A stretch of DNA of 64,000 bases from Thermoproteota archaeon (GTDB lineage: Archaea > Korarchaeota > Korarchaeia > Korarchaeales > Korarchaeaceae), in the NCBI GenBank assembly GCA_026986575.1, contig JALSOH010000009.1, positions 160,001-224,000 of the forward strand, written 5' to 3'. Of the stretch, positions 1 to 10,789 are shown piece by piece. Made by a program: the position numbers and the translations under genes. Numbering within the stretch: position 1 is the stretch's first letter; each line of letters opens with the position of its first letter. The notes beneath the pieces were generated by a model. The model searched no databases. It was not told the origin of the DNA and saw only the letters and a list, made by a program, of their open reading frames with translations.

Positions 1-440
1 CCATCCTCGTAGGCTCCATCACACATGTGCCAAACGATGTTCCCGAAACCCGCTCTGACCTCTATAACGTAGGTAGAGCCGGGATCCACTTCTATGAGTG
101 AGGAGGAATTTACGAAGAACCAAGCCTTGCTGCCGGGGCCGATGGTCATCGTCTTGCTGAGGAGAGAGGGTCCGTTTATCGAGCCCTCGTGTAGGGTCAC
201 GGTGAATGGAGCGGGGCTCCCCCATCTGCTCTCTAGGTAGACCGCTATGGTGGTTATGGTGCCAACCACGGGTTTGAAGGTCTGCCCGATGGGATTGTTC
301 GTAGAGACGACCTCCGCCCCAACTGAGGGGCATGAAATGCTCACCTGCCTAAACTGATCCTGCTGGGCTCTTAATGTCGTAACAATGTCAGTAGAGGCTA
401 GGAAGAAGGGCAGCAATAGGAGAAAGGTTAGCACATACAT
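1..440 (-). CDS. Secreted/surface protein, N-terminal part (runs off the window's left end)
   Basis: Manual translation from ATG at 440 is open to the window edge: MYVLTFLLLLPFFLASTDIVTTLRAQQDQ...IGQTFKPVVGTITTIAVYL. Signal-peptide-like start, then beta-rich sequence. Not in the ORF track. Confidence 0.75.
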   Translation of the reverse strand, partial: MYVLTFLLLLPFFLASTDIVTTLRAQQDQFRQVSISCPSVGAEVVSTNNPIGQTFKPVVGTITTIAVYLESRWGSPAPFTVTLHEGSINGPSLLSKTMTIGPGSKAWFFVNSSSLIEVDPGSTYVIEVRAGFGNIVWHMCDGAYED

Positions 441-501
441 CGATCTAAAGGTAAACACCTCTTGTTGATATGGGAGGGAAGATTATAAAATGAAATCGGG
501 G

Positions 502-1116
502 TCAGCCCAAGCTGGAGATCCAATCGGCGATGCCTGAGGTGAGCATGTCCGCGGCCGCAGCCGCGACTATTATGGCCATGAACCTGGCCAGTCCCCTCAG
601 CCCGTTGACCCCTAGGAGGCTTCTCAACTTGGACGAATGCATGAGTATCAGATAAGTTGCTGCAGTCACTAGCGTTGCTGAGGCAAAGAGAACGCTGTTA
701 GCAGCTAGGAACCCGTACTTGGTCGTGTACTCCGTGGACAGGACTAGGATCGTTGTCATGGTTCCTGGCCCCATCAGCAAGGGAGTGGCGAGGGGAACGA
801 CCGCCAGCTCCTCTTCCTCTACCTCCTTGGTCCTTGGCATTCCCTGAAGCATGTCTATAGCCAGCACGGTGAGGATTATCCCTCCCCCTATCTTCAGACC
901 GGTGACCGTTACGCCGAGGACCATGAGTATCACCTTCCCCAGCGCAGAAAAGAGCAACATCATCAGGAAGATGGCTATCGAAACCACTTTCACTATCCTG
1001 CGAACTTCATAATCGTCCCTCCCCTCGGTCAGTGATAGGAACGTTGGGACGACGCTTATCGGGTTGAGAATGGCGAATATCTGCATTGTCGAGACGATGA
1101 GGATCTGGGGATCCAT
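502..1116 (-). CDS. MarC family membrane protein
   Basis: IFAILNP.SVVP.F start, GG.IL, and the AVVPLA.PL.MGPG motif; about 6 TM segments. Confidence 0.92.
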   Translation of the reverse strand: MDPQILIVSTMQIFAILNPISVVPTFLSLTEGRDDYEVRRIVKVVSIAIFLMMLLFSALGKVILMVLGVTVTGLKIGGGIILTVLAIDMLQGMPRTKEVEEEELAVVPLATPLLMGPGTMTTILVLSTEYTTKYGFLAANSVLFASATLVTAATYLILMHSSKLRSLLGVNGLRGLARFMAIIVAAAAADMLTSGIADWISSLG

Positions 1117-1239
1117 CCAGCCCTCCTGACCCTACAAGTAAAAAACTGAGTGATTTACCCACCTTCCTAATTCCGCTTACCCTTCAACCCACCCTAGGTA
1201 TGCCCGTTGACTCACGATAGGAGTCCGCCAATCGAAAGA

Positions 1240-1700
1240 GGTGGACCAAGTAGGTCACACCACATCTCCTGCGATTTGACCTCACCACCACCGTTTAAGT
1301 CGCGCCAGCTAACCGGCATCAGATTCGATGAGGGCCAAAGGTAGCTCACGTTGTTCAAGAGCCACATCAAGCCAACCATGTTGGTAATCTACTCATGCCC
1401 GCGATCCCGGTCAGTCCTCTCATATGGTCCCTGTAGATAATCGCTTGTTCCCCCTGCCACGGGTGGGAGGTCAGCACTTTCCCCTAAGTACCTTAGAGCA
1501 TATACTTTCCCTTGCTAGAACCTTATCCAACGATCCCCAGCCGGATGAAATTACGGCCTATCCGACGCGCGACTTATGTTATACGCCTCAAGGGAAGGCC
1601 TTTCAGGCTGGAAAGTCCTCATTGAAGCTATTGCCTGACTGCTCAGCCCTAAGACGCGTGTCTCCCTCTATTGGGATTGAGACCTTGAAACATCACCGTA
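1240..1700 (-). pseudogene. Decayed S-layer-like surface protein gene, paralogue of the 50000-55105 family (may extend to about 2180)
   Basis: Minus strand from 1444 reads AIIYRDHMRGLTGIAGMSR, frameshift, then VGLMWLLNN...VSWRDLNGGGEVKSQEM. This matches AVILIKDDGDIRIAGITRYGTRAGLIWLL...EWIDLNDNGEVEYWEI of 54284-55105. Upstream parts contain stops. Confidence 0.7.
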
Positions 1701-2484
1701 TCTCGCCCGCAGAGGGGTAAGAGGCACTGCTCTTGGACGCGCAGCGAAACTAACTGCTCTCAAATCTCCTAAGAAGTAACATGCGAATCACATGCGGCAC
1801 CTTCTAATTGTCAGCGGAAACGAGACAACGGATAGCGTCGGGAGCAACACTGCTTGGTAGCTTCCACATCTGTTTCGTCTGCCGTCTTTTTTACCAGAAT
1901 GAGGCTGCTTACTGTATATATTGACGATATACTCGAGATCGCGGGAAGACCCCCTTCTCTTCCTGTAAATAAGGGAAACGATCCCTTTCAAGCAACTCCC
2001 CCCACGGCTTTCTCTTAATGACCAGTTGATTAATAAAAATGGTCGATATCCTCAGGTAACCGCTTACAGCGGTCCCTCCATCCCATCACAGCGTTAATTT
2101 AACATTCATGATGGAGCCGCGGAATCCTTGTTCTACATGAACTGCCGCATCCGTTATTTCGAAGCTGAATGATGTGGTCATTAAGTCGCTTATTTTTTAT
2201 AATGCAGCCTGAGCACGATCTAATCATATCATTCGTCAGACCTAAAGCGAGGAGCATGGAATGAATGGACGCGAGGGGATGGACGGTCCTTTCCTGTTGA
2301 CTGCTCTGACGGCATTTCCCTCTACGGCGACTGTCCGAACACGCTCACATCTAGCGAACAGATGCGTCCCTAGCTGCGGCTTTGCCTGATACCCTTTAGG
2401 CTGAAGGGTAAAAGGACACCTCTGCCCTCACAAAATCCCTTTCACCAGCTTGATGAGTGTCATAAAATAGCCGTTAGAGGGAGT

Positions 2485-2727
2485 TTAAAGGAAGTCCTCC
2501 CTCAATTCCCTTTCAACTTTCAACCATGAATCTAGATCTAGGAAGTCTAGGGAAATGAACCTCTCGGTCGTTATTTCTCCCAAGACCCAGTTCAAGGTAT
2601 CCACCACATTGCACAGGAAGGCGAAAGAGTGGGAATCTATGTCTTCCTCAGGCCCATATTCCATCATCACTTCCACGACGCTCTTGAGGATGTCTCTCAT
2701 CCTCTCTATCTCGATTGATGATCGCAT
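2485..2727 (-). CDS. Small hypothetical protein
   Basis: 80-aa ORF with protein-like composition and an AT-rich promoter-like upstream region. Confidence 0.6.
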   Translation of the reverse strand: MRSSIEIERMRDILKSVVEVMMEYGPEEDIDSHSFAFLCNVVDTLNWVLGEITTERFISLDFLDLDSWLKVERELREDFL

Positions 2728-2954
2728 TAAGGGATTTTTATATGTACTTTTATATCTCCTTTACTCTTCGGCTAATGAGGAAATTGCATTCATTCTGTCG
2801 GAACCGCATCCCACAAAAGTCCATGAAAGATATCTCCTGTCAATGTGAACTCAGAGCAAGAGGATCCTTCCGCCATGTAAGAAAATGTTACGGAGTGGAA
2901 GCCACGGCATGTATCGTTTTTAGTCCTTTAACGCAGATGGCTTAAGGTGATGTA

Positions 2955-3365
2955 ATGTCCCTCAAAGCAAGTAGACCTCTGGGGGTAACCATACTCGCTG
3001 TCTTAGCTGGAATCTCCGGCATACTTTCCGTAGTAGGAGGCATAACGCTAGTGGCCTTGGGTCCAATGATGACATCTATGGCTGCCCAACAGGGAGTGCC
3101 TGGCATGATGGGATTTTTTGGAGGCATGATCATCGTCATGGGCGTGATGGTCTTGATAGTGGGGGTACTGGATCTTGTGGTGGCTTGGGGTTACTGGACG
3201 GGCCAGGGATGGGCGTGGGTTCTCGGAGTGATCCTCGGTGTGATAGGAATAATCATGGGAATCATCCAAATAACCAACGGGGGAATAATAGGACTCATCA
3301 TAAACGCGATAATACTTTACTACCTTTTCCAGCCTCATGTTAAGGAGTATTTCGGAAGGATGTAA
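2955..3365 (+). CDS. Hypothetical 4-TM membrane protein
   Basis: GGTGA RBS, RPLGVTILAVL start, hydrophobic helices, YL.QP.VK.YF end, T-rich terminator downstream. Confidence 0.85.
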   Translation: MSLKASRPLGVTILAVLAGISGILSVVGGITLVALGPMMTSMAAQQGVPGMMGFFGGMIIVMGVMVLIVGVLDLVVAWGYWTGQGWAWVLGVILGVIGIIMGIIQITNGGIIGLIINAIILYYLFQPHVKEYFGRM

Positions 3366-3624
3366 GATCAGGAATATAGAAATCCCCTTTTTAACATCTT
3401 TTTGGCATAGAAGTGTAGATTGTGCAATCATCAGCTGGGATTATTAAGTTTCCTTATTAACGGGAAGGATGTCTTGCGCATCCTCTCTCATCTGCGGGGA
3501 TCCGCCTGCACCCAAGGGTTGTCAATAGAAGTTGGAATGTTTGAAGCCTAATATTTGCGGCCCTGCAGGAAACATAATTAAAAAGAGATGACATAGCCAA
3601 GATATATTTTTATTTATCAGCCTA

Positions 3625-4194
3625 ATGAGTTACTTCCAAGGAGACATGGACATCACGGTTGAAAAAATTGTTTGGGTAGTACTGGCCCTCTTAGCTGCTA
3701 GCATGGTAGGAATGATCCTGTTCGATAGACTTCTGCCTGGGACGGAGCAAGTCGGACAGAGGTTCTATGTAAGACTGATTAAGTCATCCTTCGTGGAAAA
3801 CCTACCTATCACAGCGCCAACCAGTTACTGGGGAAATCAAGCCCTCATGTCTATCATCGACGCTGATCGGAGAGGATCGTTGGACGAAACTATCCCCTCG
3901 AGTGGTTACGTAGTATCATTGAGGATCGTGAATGGAGGTGAGGGAGGACCCGACATTGTCGCTCTGAGATTCACGCCAGTGGGCTTTGGGGTACCAGAAA
4001 ATCCATATGTGTTCCTACCAGATGGTACGGACATATCAGATGGCTACTTCCTTCCATATCACATACCTCCTAAGGGTACTTCAGATGTGACCGTTCTAAT
4101 TCCATCTAACTACGTTGATAGGGAAAAAGTCCTGATAGTTACCGCCACCTTCAACGATGGTACCGAATCCTCACAGAGCGTACCTATTCCATGA
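3625..4194 (+). CDS. Membrane-anchored secreted protein with an archaeal pilin-like N-terminus
   Basis: Short leader (FQG/DMDITVEK), one hydrophobic helix, then a beta-rich domain ending in TATFNDGTESSQSV; a decayed paralogue lies nearby. Confidence 0.7.
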   Translation: MSYFQGDMDITVEKIVWVVLALLAASMVGMILFDRLLPGTEQVGQRFYVRLIKSSFVENLPITAPTSYWGNQALMSIIDADRRGSLDETIPSSGYVVSLRIVNGGEGGPDIVALRFTPVGFGVPENPYVFLPDGTDISDGYFLPYHIPPKGTSDVTVLIPSNYVDREKVLIVTATFNDGTESSQSVPIP

Positions 4195-4332
4195 GGTTAC
4201 ACTTCACCCCTTAGGAATTTCACCGTCAGTTTGCGCGTGATATGCCCCCTCATCTATCTATCCCAGATAACGCGCGTAAAATTATTATATGTAAGCTAAC
4301 CCTTCCTAACCAACTGATTGGGAGGTATTGCC

Positions 4333-4710
4333 ATGTCCATGAGCTCTAGCATAGACATTCTCCTGAAAGAAGTTCTAAGGCGGAATTCAACCGACATCAC
4401 TGGTGTAGTTATAGCGTCGAAGGACGGGTTACTCATTGGACACAGACTTTCTGAGGAGGGCCTCGATCCAGGAAGTGTTGCTGCGTATATGGCAGCCCTC
4501 TCTGAAGATCAAAAGAAGATAATAGGTCAACTAGGACTCGATGAGGTTAAAACAACCATTGTAGAGACTTTAAGAGGAAAATTCATCATGAAGGAGGAGG
4601 GAGACCACTTAATCGCCATTATAGCGTATCCAGAGGCTAATCTAGGGCTTATTATGCTGGAGATCAAAAGATTAGCCGAGAATCTCAGAGCAGCCTTGAA
4701 CCCCAAGTAA
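4333..4710 (+). CDS. Roadblock/LC7 (MglB-like) domain protein
   Basis: GVVIASKDGLLI...SVAAYMAAL...ANLGLIMLEIKRLAE; GGAGGT RBS before ATG 4333. Confidence 0.9.
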   Translation: MSMSSSIDILLKEVLRRNSTDITGVVIASKDGLLIGHRLSEEGLDPGSVAAYMAALSEDQKKIIGQLGLDEVKTTIVETLRGKFIMKEEGDHLIAIIAYPEANLGLIMLEIKRLAENLRAALNPK

Positions 4711-4712
4711 AT

Positions 4713-5141
4713 CTACTCAAGAATTAATTTTTCTTTGTTTTCTTCCGCGACTCTGAGTAAAATCCTTTCCAATTCATCAACAAGTCTGAGGGACTTATCC
4801 AAATCCCTCGAAAGTGTACCAAGGGCTAGGACAACATCTTCATCTAATTTTCTTATGATAACGTAACCACGCTCGCCTCTTAGAATTACCTCTCCTAGAG
4901 AACCCATCCCCGAATACTCCAAAAAACTGAGCCCTATCTCTGAGATGGCTGAACTCGAGGATGAGAGAAACTCGTTTACCACATTACCTGAATTTGATGA
5001 GGAGAATATGGTCGTCCCATCTGAGAAGCTGATGATGACTAGAGTTATGACATCGTCAGCAGTGTTTATGAAGTTACCTATCGATTCTCTGATCGCCCTG
5101 AGAAGGTCGGCCTCAGCAGTATGAATATCCCTTGATCCCAT
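4713..5141 (-). CDS. Roadblock/LC7 domain protein (divergent)
   Basis: VIISFSDGTTI...SSAISEIG...GSLGEVILRGERGYVIIRKL Roadblock pattern. Confidence 0.8.
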   Translation of the reverse strand: MGSRDIHTAEADLLRAIRESIGNFINTADDVITLVIISFSDGTTIFSSSNSGNVVNEFLSSSSSAISEIGLSFLEYSGMGSLGEVILRGERGYVIIRKLDEDVVLALGTLSRDLDKSLRLVDELERILLRVAEENKEKLILE

Positions 5142-5439
5142 TCCAGATCCTCCAAGAGCGGGACTGCTTTAAAACAATTAAAAAGGTAACTACAGCTCTA
5201 TTAGGCTTGGATAAGAATAGAACTTCTGATAAATGTCTCTTAGAAAGCTGAGTGTAAGGTAGATTCTATCTCTGTTTCTATTATTTTTATGTTTAACAAG
5301 ATGTTTTTTTGATTATGCTTAAAACATATATTTTTTGAAATAGCCATTCGGACGTAAGACTAGCAGGATTATTATCCAGAGTAGAAGTCAAGTTGCGCTA
5401 TTATTCTCGGAGCTGATCATGTGTATCTTAATATAAGCA

Positions 5440-6024
5440 GAAGACCTTTGAGAGTAACTATACGAGCAGCACTGGCTGGTATCTCTTGTATCCTCTCCCT
5501 CCTAGATAGAGTAACCCCTATGGCCTTGGGCTCATGTTATCGTCGGCTATGACGGGACGGGGAGCACCTAGTCAGGGATTCTAAGTTAGACTTGTCAATT
5601 CGTCCTTTGTAGGGGCTTCCTGCATCTACATTTAATGATGTATATGGAGACTATGTTATCCCGGCAACAATCTCAGCTGATAATCGATTTATCGGCACGA
5701 GAGGGTAAATTCTCCTGAAAGGGAGGATATATATTATCACACACAAGATGGTGCGCGGAGGTGAAAGAGGTCTTGAGATAACGGCTCTCAGGTTCAAGCC
5801 AGTGGATCTCGGTGTGATAAGAGCTCTACACATCTTCCTCTCGAATGGAGAAGATATCGAAAATACCTCGGACAGATACTTCCTCTCCACGCCTACACTA
5901 CCAAAGGAAACCATAGATGCCAGGACACCCGTCCTTTCCCATATGTAGGTAAGGGAAAATCTTGGTCTTTACGGTCGTCTTCAGCGATGAAATGGAGTCT
6001 TCTCAGAGTATAGAGATTCCCTAA
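5440..6024 (+). pseudogene. Pseudogene paralogue of the 3625-4194 pilin-like gene
   Basis: Fragments F*VRLVNSSFV, MVRGGERGLEITALRFKPVDLG...DRYFL and KILVFTVVFSDEMESSQSIEIP* align with FYVRLIKSSFV, IVNGGEGGPDIVALRFTPVGFG...DGYFL and KVLIVTATFNDGTESSQSVPIP*. Contains a premature stop and frameshifts. Confidence 0.85.
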
Positions 6025-6028
6025 TCCT

Positions 6029-6799
6029 CTAAACTTCCCCTCTCAGGAATTTCACCGTTAATTCATGCCTCGGATTGAGGGCTATGGTATCGGTGAGCCC
6101 GAACTCCACCAGCTCGCCCATGTAGATGAATGCTATGTAATCCGAGATCCTCACAGCTTGGTGGGGCGTGTGAGTCACCAACACGATGGTGATCTCCAGA
6201 TCTCTGAGCAGGCTCCTCAGGGCCTCCTCTATCTTGACCGCGTTTACTGGATCTACATTACCGGTTGGCTCATCCAGAAGGAGGAGCTTCGGTTTCAGGG
6301 CGAGAGCTCTAGCCAAGCAGAGCCTCTGCTGCTGACCACCGCTCAACCGGTGCGGTAGGTCGTCCAACCTGCCCTTCACCTCATCCCACAGCATTGCCTT
6401 CTCCAAGGCCCACCTAACCAGCTCATTCAACTCGTCCTTGCTCCTCACCAGACGGTTGAGCTTGGGTCCTATGGCAACGTTCTCGTATATGCTCATATTG
6501 GGGAAGGGATTGGGAGTCTGGAAGACCATTCCCATCAGCCTTCTGACCCTATAAGGGTCCTCGCTATACACGTCGGTCCCGTAAACTAGGACCTTCCCCT
6601 CAACCTTGGACTCGGGTATCAGGTCAATCAACCTGTTTATAGCCCTGAGAAGGGTGGACTTACCTGAGCCGGAGGGACCCATGACTGCCAGTATCCTCCG
6701 CTTCGGGACCTTAAGTCCCACGTTCTTTATGATGTGCTTCCCCCTTATCCAGACATTCAGTCCCTCTATCTGGAGGGCGTAACCCTTCTCCTCTATCAC
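6029..6799 (-). CDS. pstB: Phosphate ABC transporter ATP-binding protein
   Basis: [33 protein letters not shown]; probable GTG start at 6799 overlapping the pstA stop. Confidence 0.95.
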   Translation of the reverse strand: MIEEKGYALQIEGLNVWIRGKHIIKNVGLKVPKRRILAVMGPSGSGKSTLLRAINRLIDLIPESKVEGKVLVYGTDVYSEDPYRVRRLMGMVFQTPNPFPNMSIYENVAIGPKLNRLVRSKDELNELVRWALEKAMLWDEVKGRLDDLPHRLSGGQQQRLCLARALALKPKLLLLDEPTGNVDPVNAVKIEEALRSLLRDLEITIVLVTHTPHQAVRISDYIAFIYMGELVEFGLTDTIALNPRHELTVKFLRGEV

Positions 6800-7635
6800 A
6801 GGAACACCTCCTCGGTGAACTTCCTCGAGATCAAGAAGATGATGAGGAACATTACGGTGAGAACGAGGGCAGCGCCCCATGCGACCTGATGCATGTTCGC
6901 GTAAGGGGTCTGAGCATAGTCGAATATCAGAAGGGATATCGAGTCCCCGTAGTCCAGCGGACCTAAGGGGATGTTATACCGGTCTCTCCCTAGCGTGAAC
7001 AGGAGAGGCGCGGTCTCGCCCAGCACCTTCGCGAAGCCTATGAGCATGCCCGTCAGTATTCCCCTCCTTGCTATGCCCACCATTATCTCGAAGACCACCT
7101 TGGGCCTGCTCAGCCCCAGCGCGAAACCCGCCTCCCTATAAGTGAAGGGCACCCCCTCTAAGGCCTGTTCGACATAGGTGGTCACGTAGGGTATCATCAT
7201 TATGGCCAGAGCTAGGGAGCCAGCGAGCATGGAGAACCTCCCCATCGGAACCACGAGTATGGCGTAGACGAGCATGCCCACCACGACGGACGGTATCTCC
7301 AGTAGGGCCTTGCTGAGGACCCTGACCATCTTGGCTAGAGGATTGTCGGGGAACTCGACGGCGAATATGGCGGCGAATAAGGAGAGGGGGATCCCCAGAA
7401 GGGAGCTTAGCACTGCTAATAGAAGGGTGCCAGCTAGGGAGGGAGCTATCCCCCCCAGCCCAGCGTTCGGAGCTGGGGGCACATCTAGGAGGAAGTTCGG
7501 CCCGGCCTCCATTATGACTCCGAACCCGTTCCATATGACCGAAAGGAAGACATGGAATACTGGGAGTACTGCAGCTATCGAAAGGATCACCACTAAAACT
7601 AGGAAGACCCTCTCCTTGACCTCCCTAACGTCCAT
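6796..7635 (-). CDS. pstA: Phosphate ABC transporter permease
   Basis: [33 protein letters not shown] motifs. Confidence 0.93.
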   Translation of the reverse strand: MDVREVKERVFLVLVVILSIAAVLPVFHVFLSVIWNGFGVIMEAGPNFLLDVPPAPNAGLGGIAPSLAGTLLLAVLSSLLGIPLSLFAAIFAVEFPDNPLAKMVRVLSKALLEIPSVVVGMLVYAILVVPMGRFSMLAGSLALAIMMIPYVTTYVEQALEGVPFTYREAGFALGLSRPKVVFEIMVGIARRGILTGMLIGFAKVLGETAPLLFTLGRDRYNIPLGPLDYGDSISLLIFDYAQTPYANMHQVAWGAALVLTVMFLIIFLISRKFTEEVFL

Positions 7636-8554
7636 ATAACTCCCTCACCCTCCTCATCATCACGACACCTATTCCGCTGAACAGCATGCCCAAGGCGAGA
7701 AGAACCAAGCTACCAGCGAACATGACGTTTTCCATCAGGGGGAAGAAGCTGGCCTCGGTGAACTGGTTGGCGATTAGTGAAGATATGGTGTATCCGGGAG
7801 CGAAGAGGCAGGGTGAGATGTTGAAGGCGTTTCCCACCACCAAGGCAACAGCTACTGTCTCACTGGCTGCCCTTCCAAGCCCTAGGAGAACGGCGGCTAT
7901 TATGGCTGGCCTTATGAGTGAGACCATTATCCTGAAGTACTCATATCTAGTGGCCCCGAGAGACAGGGCCGCCTCCCTGTAGGTGCGAGGCACCTGCCTG
8001 TAGGCCTCCTTGATCACCCCGTGCATGAATGGAATTATCATTACCGCCAGTAAAAGCCCGGCTGCCAAGAATGAGGCGCCACTCAGGGGATCGCAAGCGA
8101 ACGGGGGGATGAAGTCGAGGTGCTCGTGTAGCGGCGACATGACCCAACTCCTTAAAATGGGAACCATCACCTCCAACCCCCAGAGCCCGTAGATTATCGT
8201 GGGTAGACCAGCCATGAGGTCTATCACCGAGGAGAAGAACTCTTTGATCCTGTAGGGAGCCATCTCCTCCATGAAGAAGACGGTAGCGACGGAGAGGGGC
8301 AAAGCTACTGCAGCGGCTATCAGCGAGGTGACTAGGGTCCCGTAGAGGGGTGCCAGTAGGCCGTACTTCACGAACTCCACCCCCCTCTCTGACGGCTTCC
8401 ACACATTCTCGGTGAAGAGGGAGATGCCGAACCTCTCAAGAGCCGGCCATGACTCGTAGGCCAGTACGTAAGCCAGAAGTGCGAATAGAGCGAATATTAC
8501 CGCGGCGAAGGGAAGCAGGGTGAGGAAGAATCCCCTGTCCACCTTGGGAATCAT
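7625..8554 (-). CDS. pstC: Phosphate ABC transporter permease
   Basis: GTLVTSLIA, LMAGLPTIIYGLWG, REAALSLGAT, GRAASET.AV, IANQF.EA. Confidence 0.95.
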   Translation of the reverse strand: MIPKVDRGFFLTLLPFAAVIFALFALLAYVLAYESWPALERFGISLFTENVWKPSERGVEFVKYGLLAPLYGTLVTSLIAAAVALPLSVATVFFMEEMAPYRIKEFFSSVIDLMAGLPTIIYGLWGLEVMVPILRSWVMSPLHEHLDFIPPFACDPLSGASFLAAGLLLAVMIIPFMHGVIKEAYRQVPRTYREAALSLGATRYEYFRIMVSLIRPAIIAAVLLGLGRAASETVAVALVVGNAFNISPCLFAPGYTISSLIANQFTEASFFPLMENVMFAGSLVLLALGMLFSGIGVVMMRRVRELYGR

Positions 8555-8570
8555 TCGATCACCCCCGAAT

Positions 8571-9656
8571 TCACGGTTTTATCAGTCCCACGGCCTTCAG
8601 GTTCACCGACCTCAGTTCGGGCGGTATGGGGGCGTACCCCTCAGCTATCAGCTCCTGTCCCTCAGTGTTCACGAACCTCACGAACCCCCTGATGGCTTCC
8701 GCCTTCTCTCCGTAATGAGTCCAGAACATCAGGTGGACGAAGGAAGTCAGGGGGTAGGATTCCTCGCCGGGGGCGTAGACCACGGCATCTAGGTCGAGGC
8801 TGAAATCGTCAAGGGGACTCTTGGGGAGGAGGGGAAATGCTCTCCTCGCGGCCTCAGTGATCGATTGGGGAGAGGGGGTGACGAAGTTCCCCTCGGCGTT
8901 TCTCACCGACGCCATAGGGAGGTCGTTCTCTAGGGCGTAGGAGAGCTCCACGTAGCCCAGCGAGTAGGGGGTATTCATGATAACCTGAGTCACTCCCTGA
9001 TTTCCCTTAGCCCCTACGCCGTTCCCTCTGGAGTCGACAGGCCATTCCACGCTCTTCCCCACAAGATCGAGGGGCCAGTCTCGGGGGGATGCCTTGTGAA
9101 GGAAGAAGGTGAAGATGTTGGTGGTTCCGCTCGAGTCAGACCTGTGGACAGCGATTATCTCCTTATGGGGCAGCTTCATTGCTGGATTGAGCTCCCTCAT
9201 CAAAGGATCGTCCCAGTACCTCACCTCCCCCTTGTAGATCCTTGCCAGCACTTTGCCATCGAGTCTTAGCTGTCCCTCGACGGGCAGGTTGTAGGTGATC
9301 ACCACGGCCCCGAGCACCACCGGCATCTGCAGCACCCGACCCCTGTACCTGAGCCAGAGGTCTCTGGTGAGAGGGGGATCGCTTGCCGCGAAGTCAACCA
9401 GTTTGGAGAGGAACTGCTTCTGGCCCGTACCGCTCCCAGTCGGATTGTAGTTTAGGGTAACCCAGGGATGCTCTTCCGTGAATTTAGGTATCCAGATAGA
9501 CATCTGAGGGTAGATGAAGCTGGAGCCGGAGCCGAGGATCGATACCTCCTCGCTGTTCCCTTGAACGGTCGTGCCCACGAGCCCGAGGACCACCCAAAGG
9601 ACGAATATGAGGGGACCCATGGAGGCCAGCAAGGGTGCTGAGATCCTCAGCTCCAT
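8571..9656 (-). CDS. pstS: Phosphate ABC transporter substrate-binding protein
   Basis: GSGSSF.YP, GSGTG, DFAASD, HRSDSSGTT, GAKGNQGV, GYVELSYA. Confidence 0.95.
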   Translation of the reverse strand: MELRISAPLLASMGPLIFVLWVVLGLVGTTVQGNSEEVSILGSGSSFIYPQMSIWIPKFTEEHPWVTLNYNPTGSGTGQKQFLSKLVDFAASDPPLTRDLWLRYRGRVLQMPVVLGAVVITYNLPVEGQLRLDGKVLARIYKGEVRYWDDPLMRELNPAMKLPHKEIIAVHRSDSSGTTNIFTFFLHKASPRDWPLDLVGKSVEWPVDSRGNGVGAKGNQGVTQVIMNTPYSLGYVELSYALENDLPMASVRNAEGNFVTPSPQSITEAARRAFPLLPKSPLDDFSLDLDAVVYAPGEESYPLTSFVHLMFWTHYGEKAEAIRGFVRFVNTEGQELIAEGYAPIPPELRSVNLKAVGLIKP

Positions 9657-9778
9657 CTAGGGCACCTTCTCGCGCCCGTCCATCCTGTAAAAACTATAAA
9701 CGTATTGCAAATAGAATATAGATACTGGATTGATCTACATACCTTATATAGAAGGTCCGCGCGGATCCCCCGATAGAG

Positions 9779-10789
9779 ATGGCCCAGCCTAGGAGCGTTC
9801 AGGTGACGGGGCGTTCCACCTACATAATCTCCCTCCCTAAGGAGTGGGCGAGGAGTGTCGGGATAGGAAAGGGATCCACCGTTTATTTGGAGGTACTGGC
9901 GGACGGTTCTTTGAGGATCTCGCCCTCACCGAGCGGTAGGAGGGGACAACTGACCAAGGTAATTGACGCCTCCAAGTATGGGGATGTGAGCAGCCTGATG
10001 AGGGAGATAATCTCTCACTACTTGGCCGGATACAACTCCATTAGGATAGAGTACGGGGCAGAGCGGAAGGACTTGGCCGAGAGGGTGAAGGAGATAATTG
10101 AGAGCAGTATCTTGGGATTCAGCGTCCTCGAGGGAACCGCAACTTCGATGACCTTCTACGCGGTCCTCGATCCCTCCTCGATGAGCTTGGACGATGCCGC
10201 ATCGAAGCTCGTGTCCGATGCCCTCCACATGCTGGAGGACACGCTCCGGGGCATGAGGGAAAGGGATAGCAGCCTCCTTGAGGGTGTGATCAGGCAGGAC
10301 CAGCTCGTGGACAAGTTGTACTTGCTCGTCGCCAAGCAGCTGACCATAGCCCTGATGAATCCCGTCAATGTGAGGGACTTCGGTCTCGAAACTCCTGCTG
10401 AGGCACCTCACCTCTTCCTAGCTGCGAAGAGCGTTGAGAGGATCGCGGATCATGCGACGATAGTAGCGAGAAACACGATGGATCTCATCCTCGAAGGCGG
10501 TGAAATACCTCCAAACATCTTGGACTCACTGGAGGAGGCTATCGAGCTCTTCAGGGACGTCTCCTCAGCTCTAACTAGCCCGAACAAGGAGAAGGCTGAG
10601 GAGGTAGCTAAGCTAATTGAGAGGGTGGGTAGGGGCCCGAGCGCCTGGGAGGAGAGGTACGCAGATCCCAGACTTTACGCGATAGTGGAGAGCATTGGAC
10701 GGATATTCGGTTACAGCTTGGACATAGCCGAGGCAATAATAGATGTCTCCACTGTCAGAGAAGCAGCTAGGATGCTAAGGGGCCGTTAA
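9779..10789 (+). CDS. phoU: Phosphate uptake regulator (AbrB-type N-terminus plus PhoU domains)
   Basis: RSVQVTGRSTYIISLPKEW, D..VDKLY, ERIADHA; divergent from pstS. Confidence 0.9.
   Translation: MAQPRSVQVTGRSTYIISLPKEWARSVGIGKGSTVYLEVLADGSLRISPSPSGRRGQLTKVIDASKYGDVSSLMREIISHYLAGYNSIRIEYGAERKDLAERVKEIIESSILGFSVLEGTATSMTFYAVLDPSSMSLDDAASKLVSDALHMLEDTLRGMRERDSSLLEGVIRQDQLVDKLYLLVAKQLTIALMNPVNVRDFGLETPAEAPHLFLAAKSVERIADHATIVARNTMDLILEGGEIPPNILDSLEEAIELFRDVSSALTSPNKEKAEEVAKLIERVGRGPSAWEERYADPRLYAIVESIGRIFGYSLDIAEAIIDVSTVREAARMLRGR

Noticed and set aside
19-333. ORF-track 104-aa protein
   Set aside because: Wrong frame; the real gene is the signal-peptide ORF starting at 440 that runs off the window
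1500-1560. VISSGWGSLDKVL resembling a KaiC/RadA N-terminus
   Set aside because: No Walker A follows, and the downstream sequence matches the S-layer-like family instead
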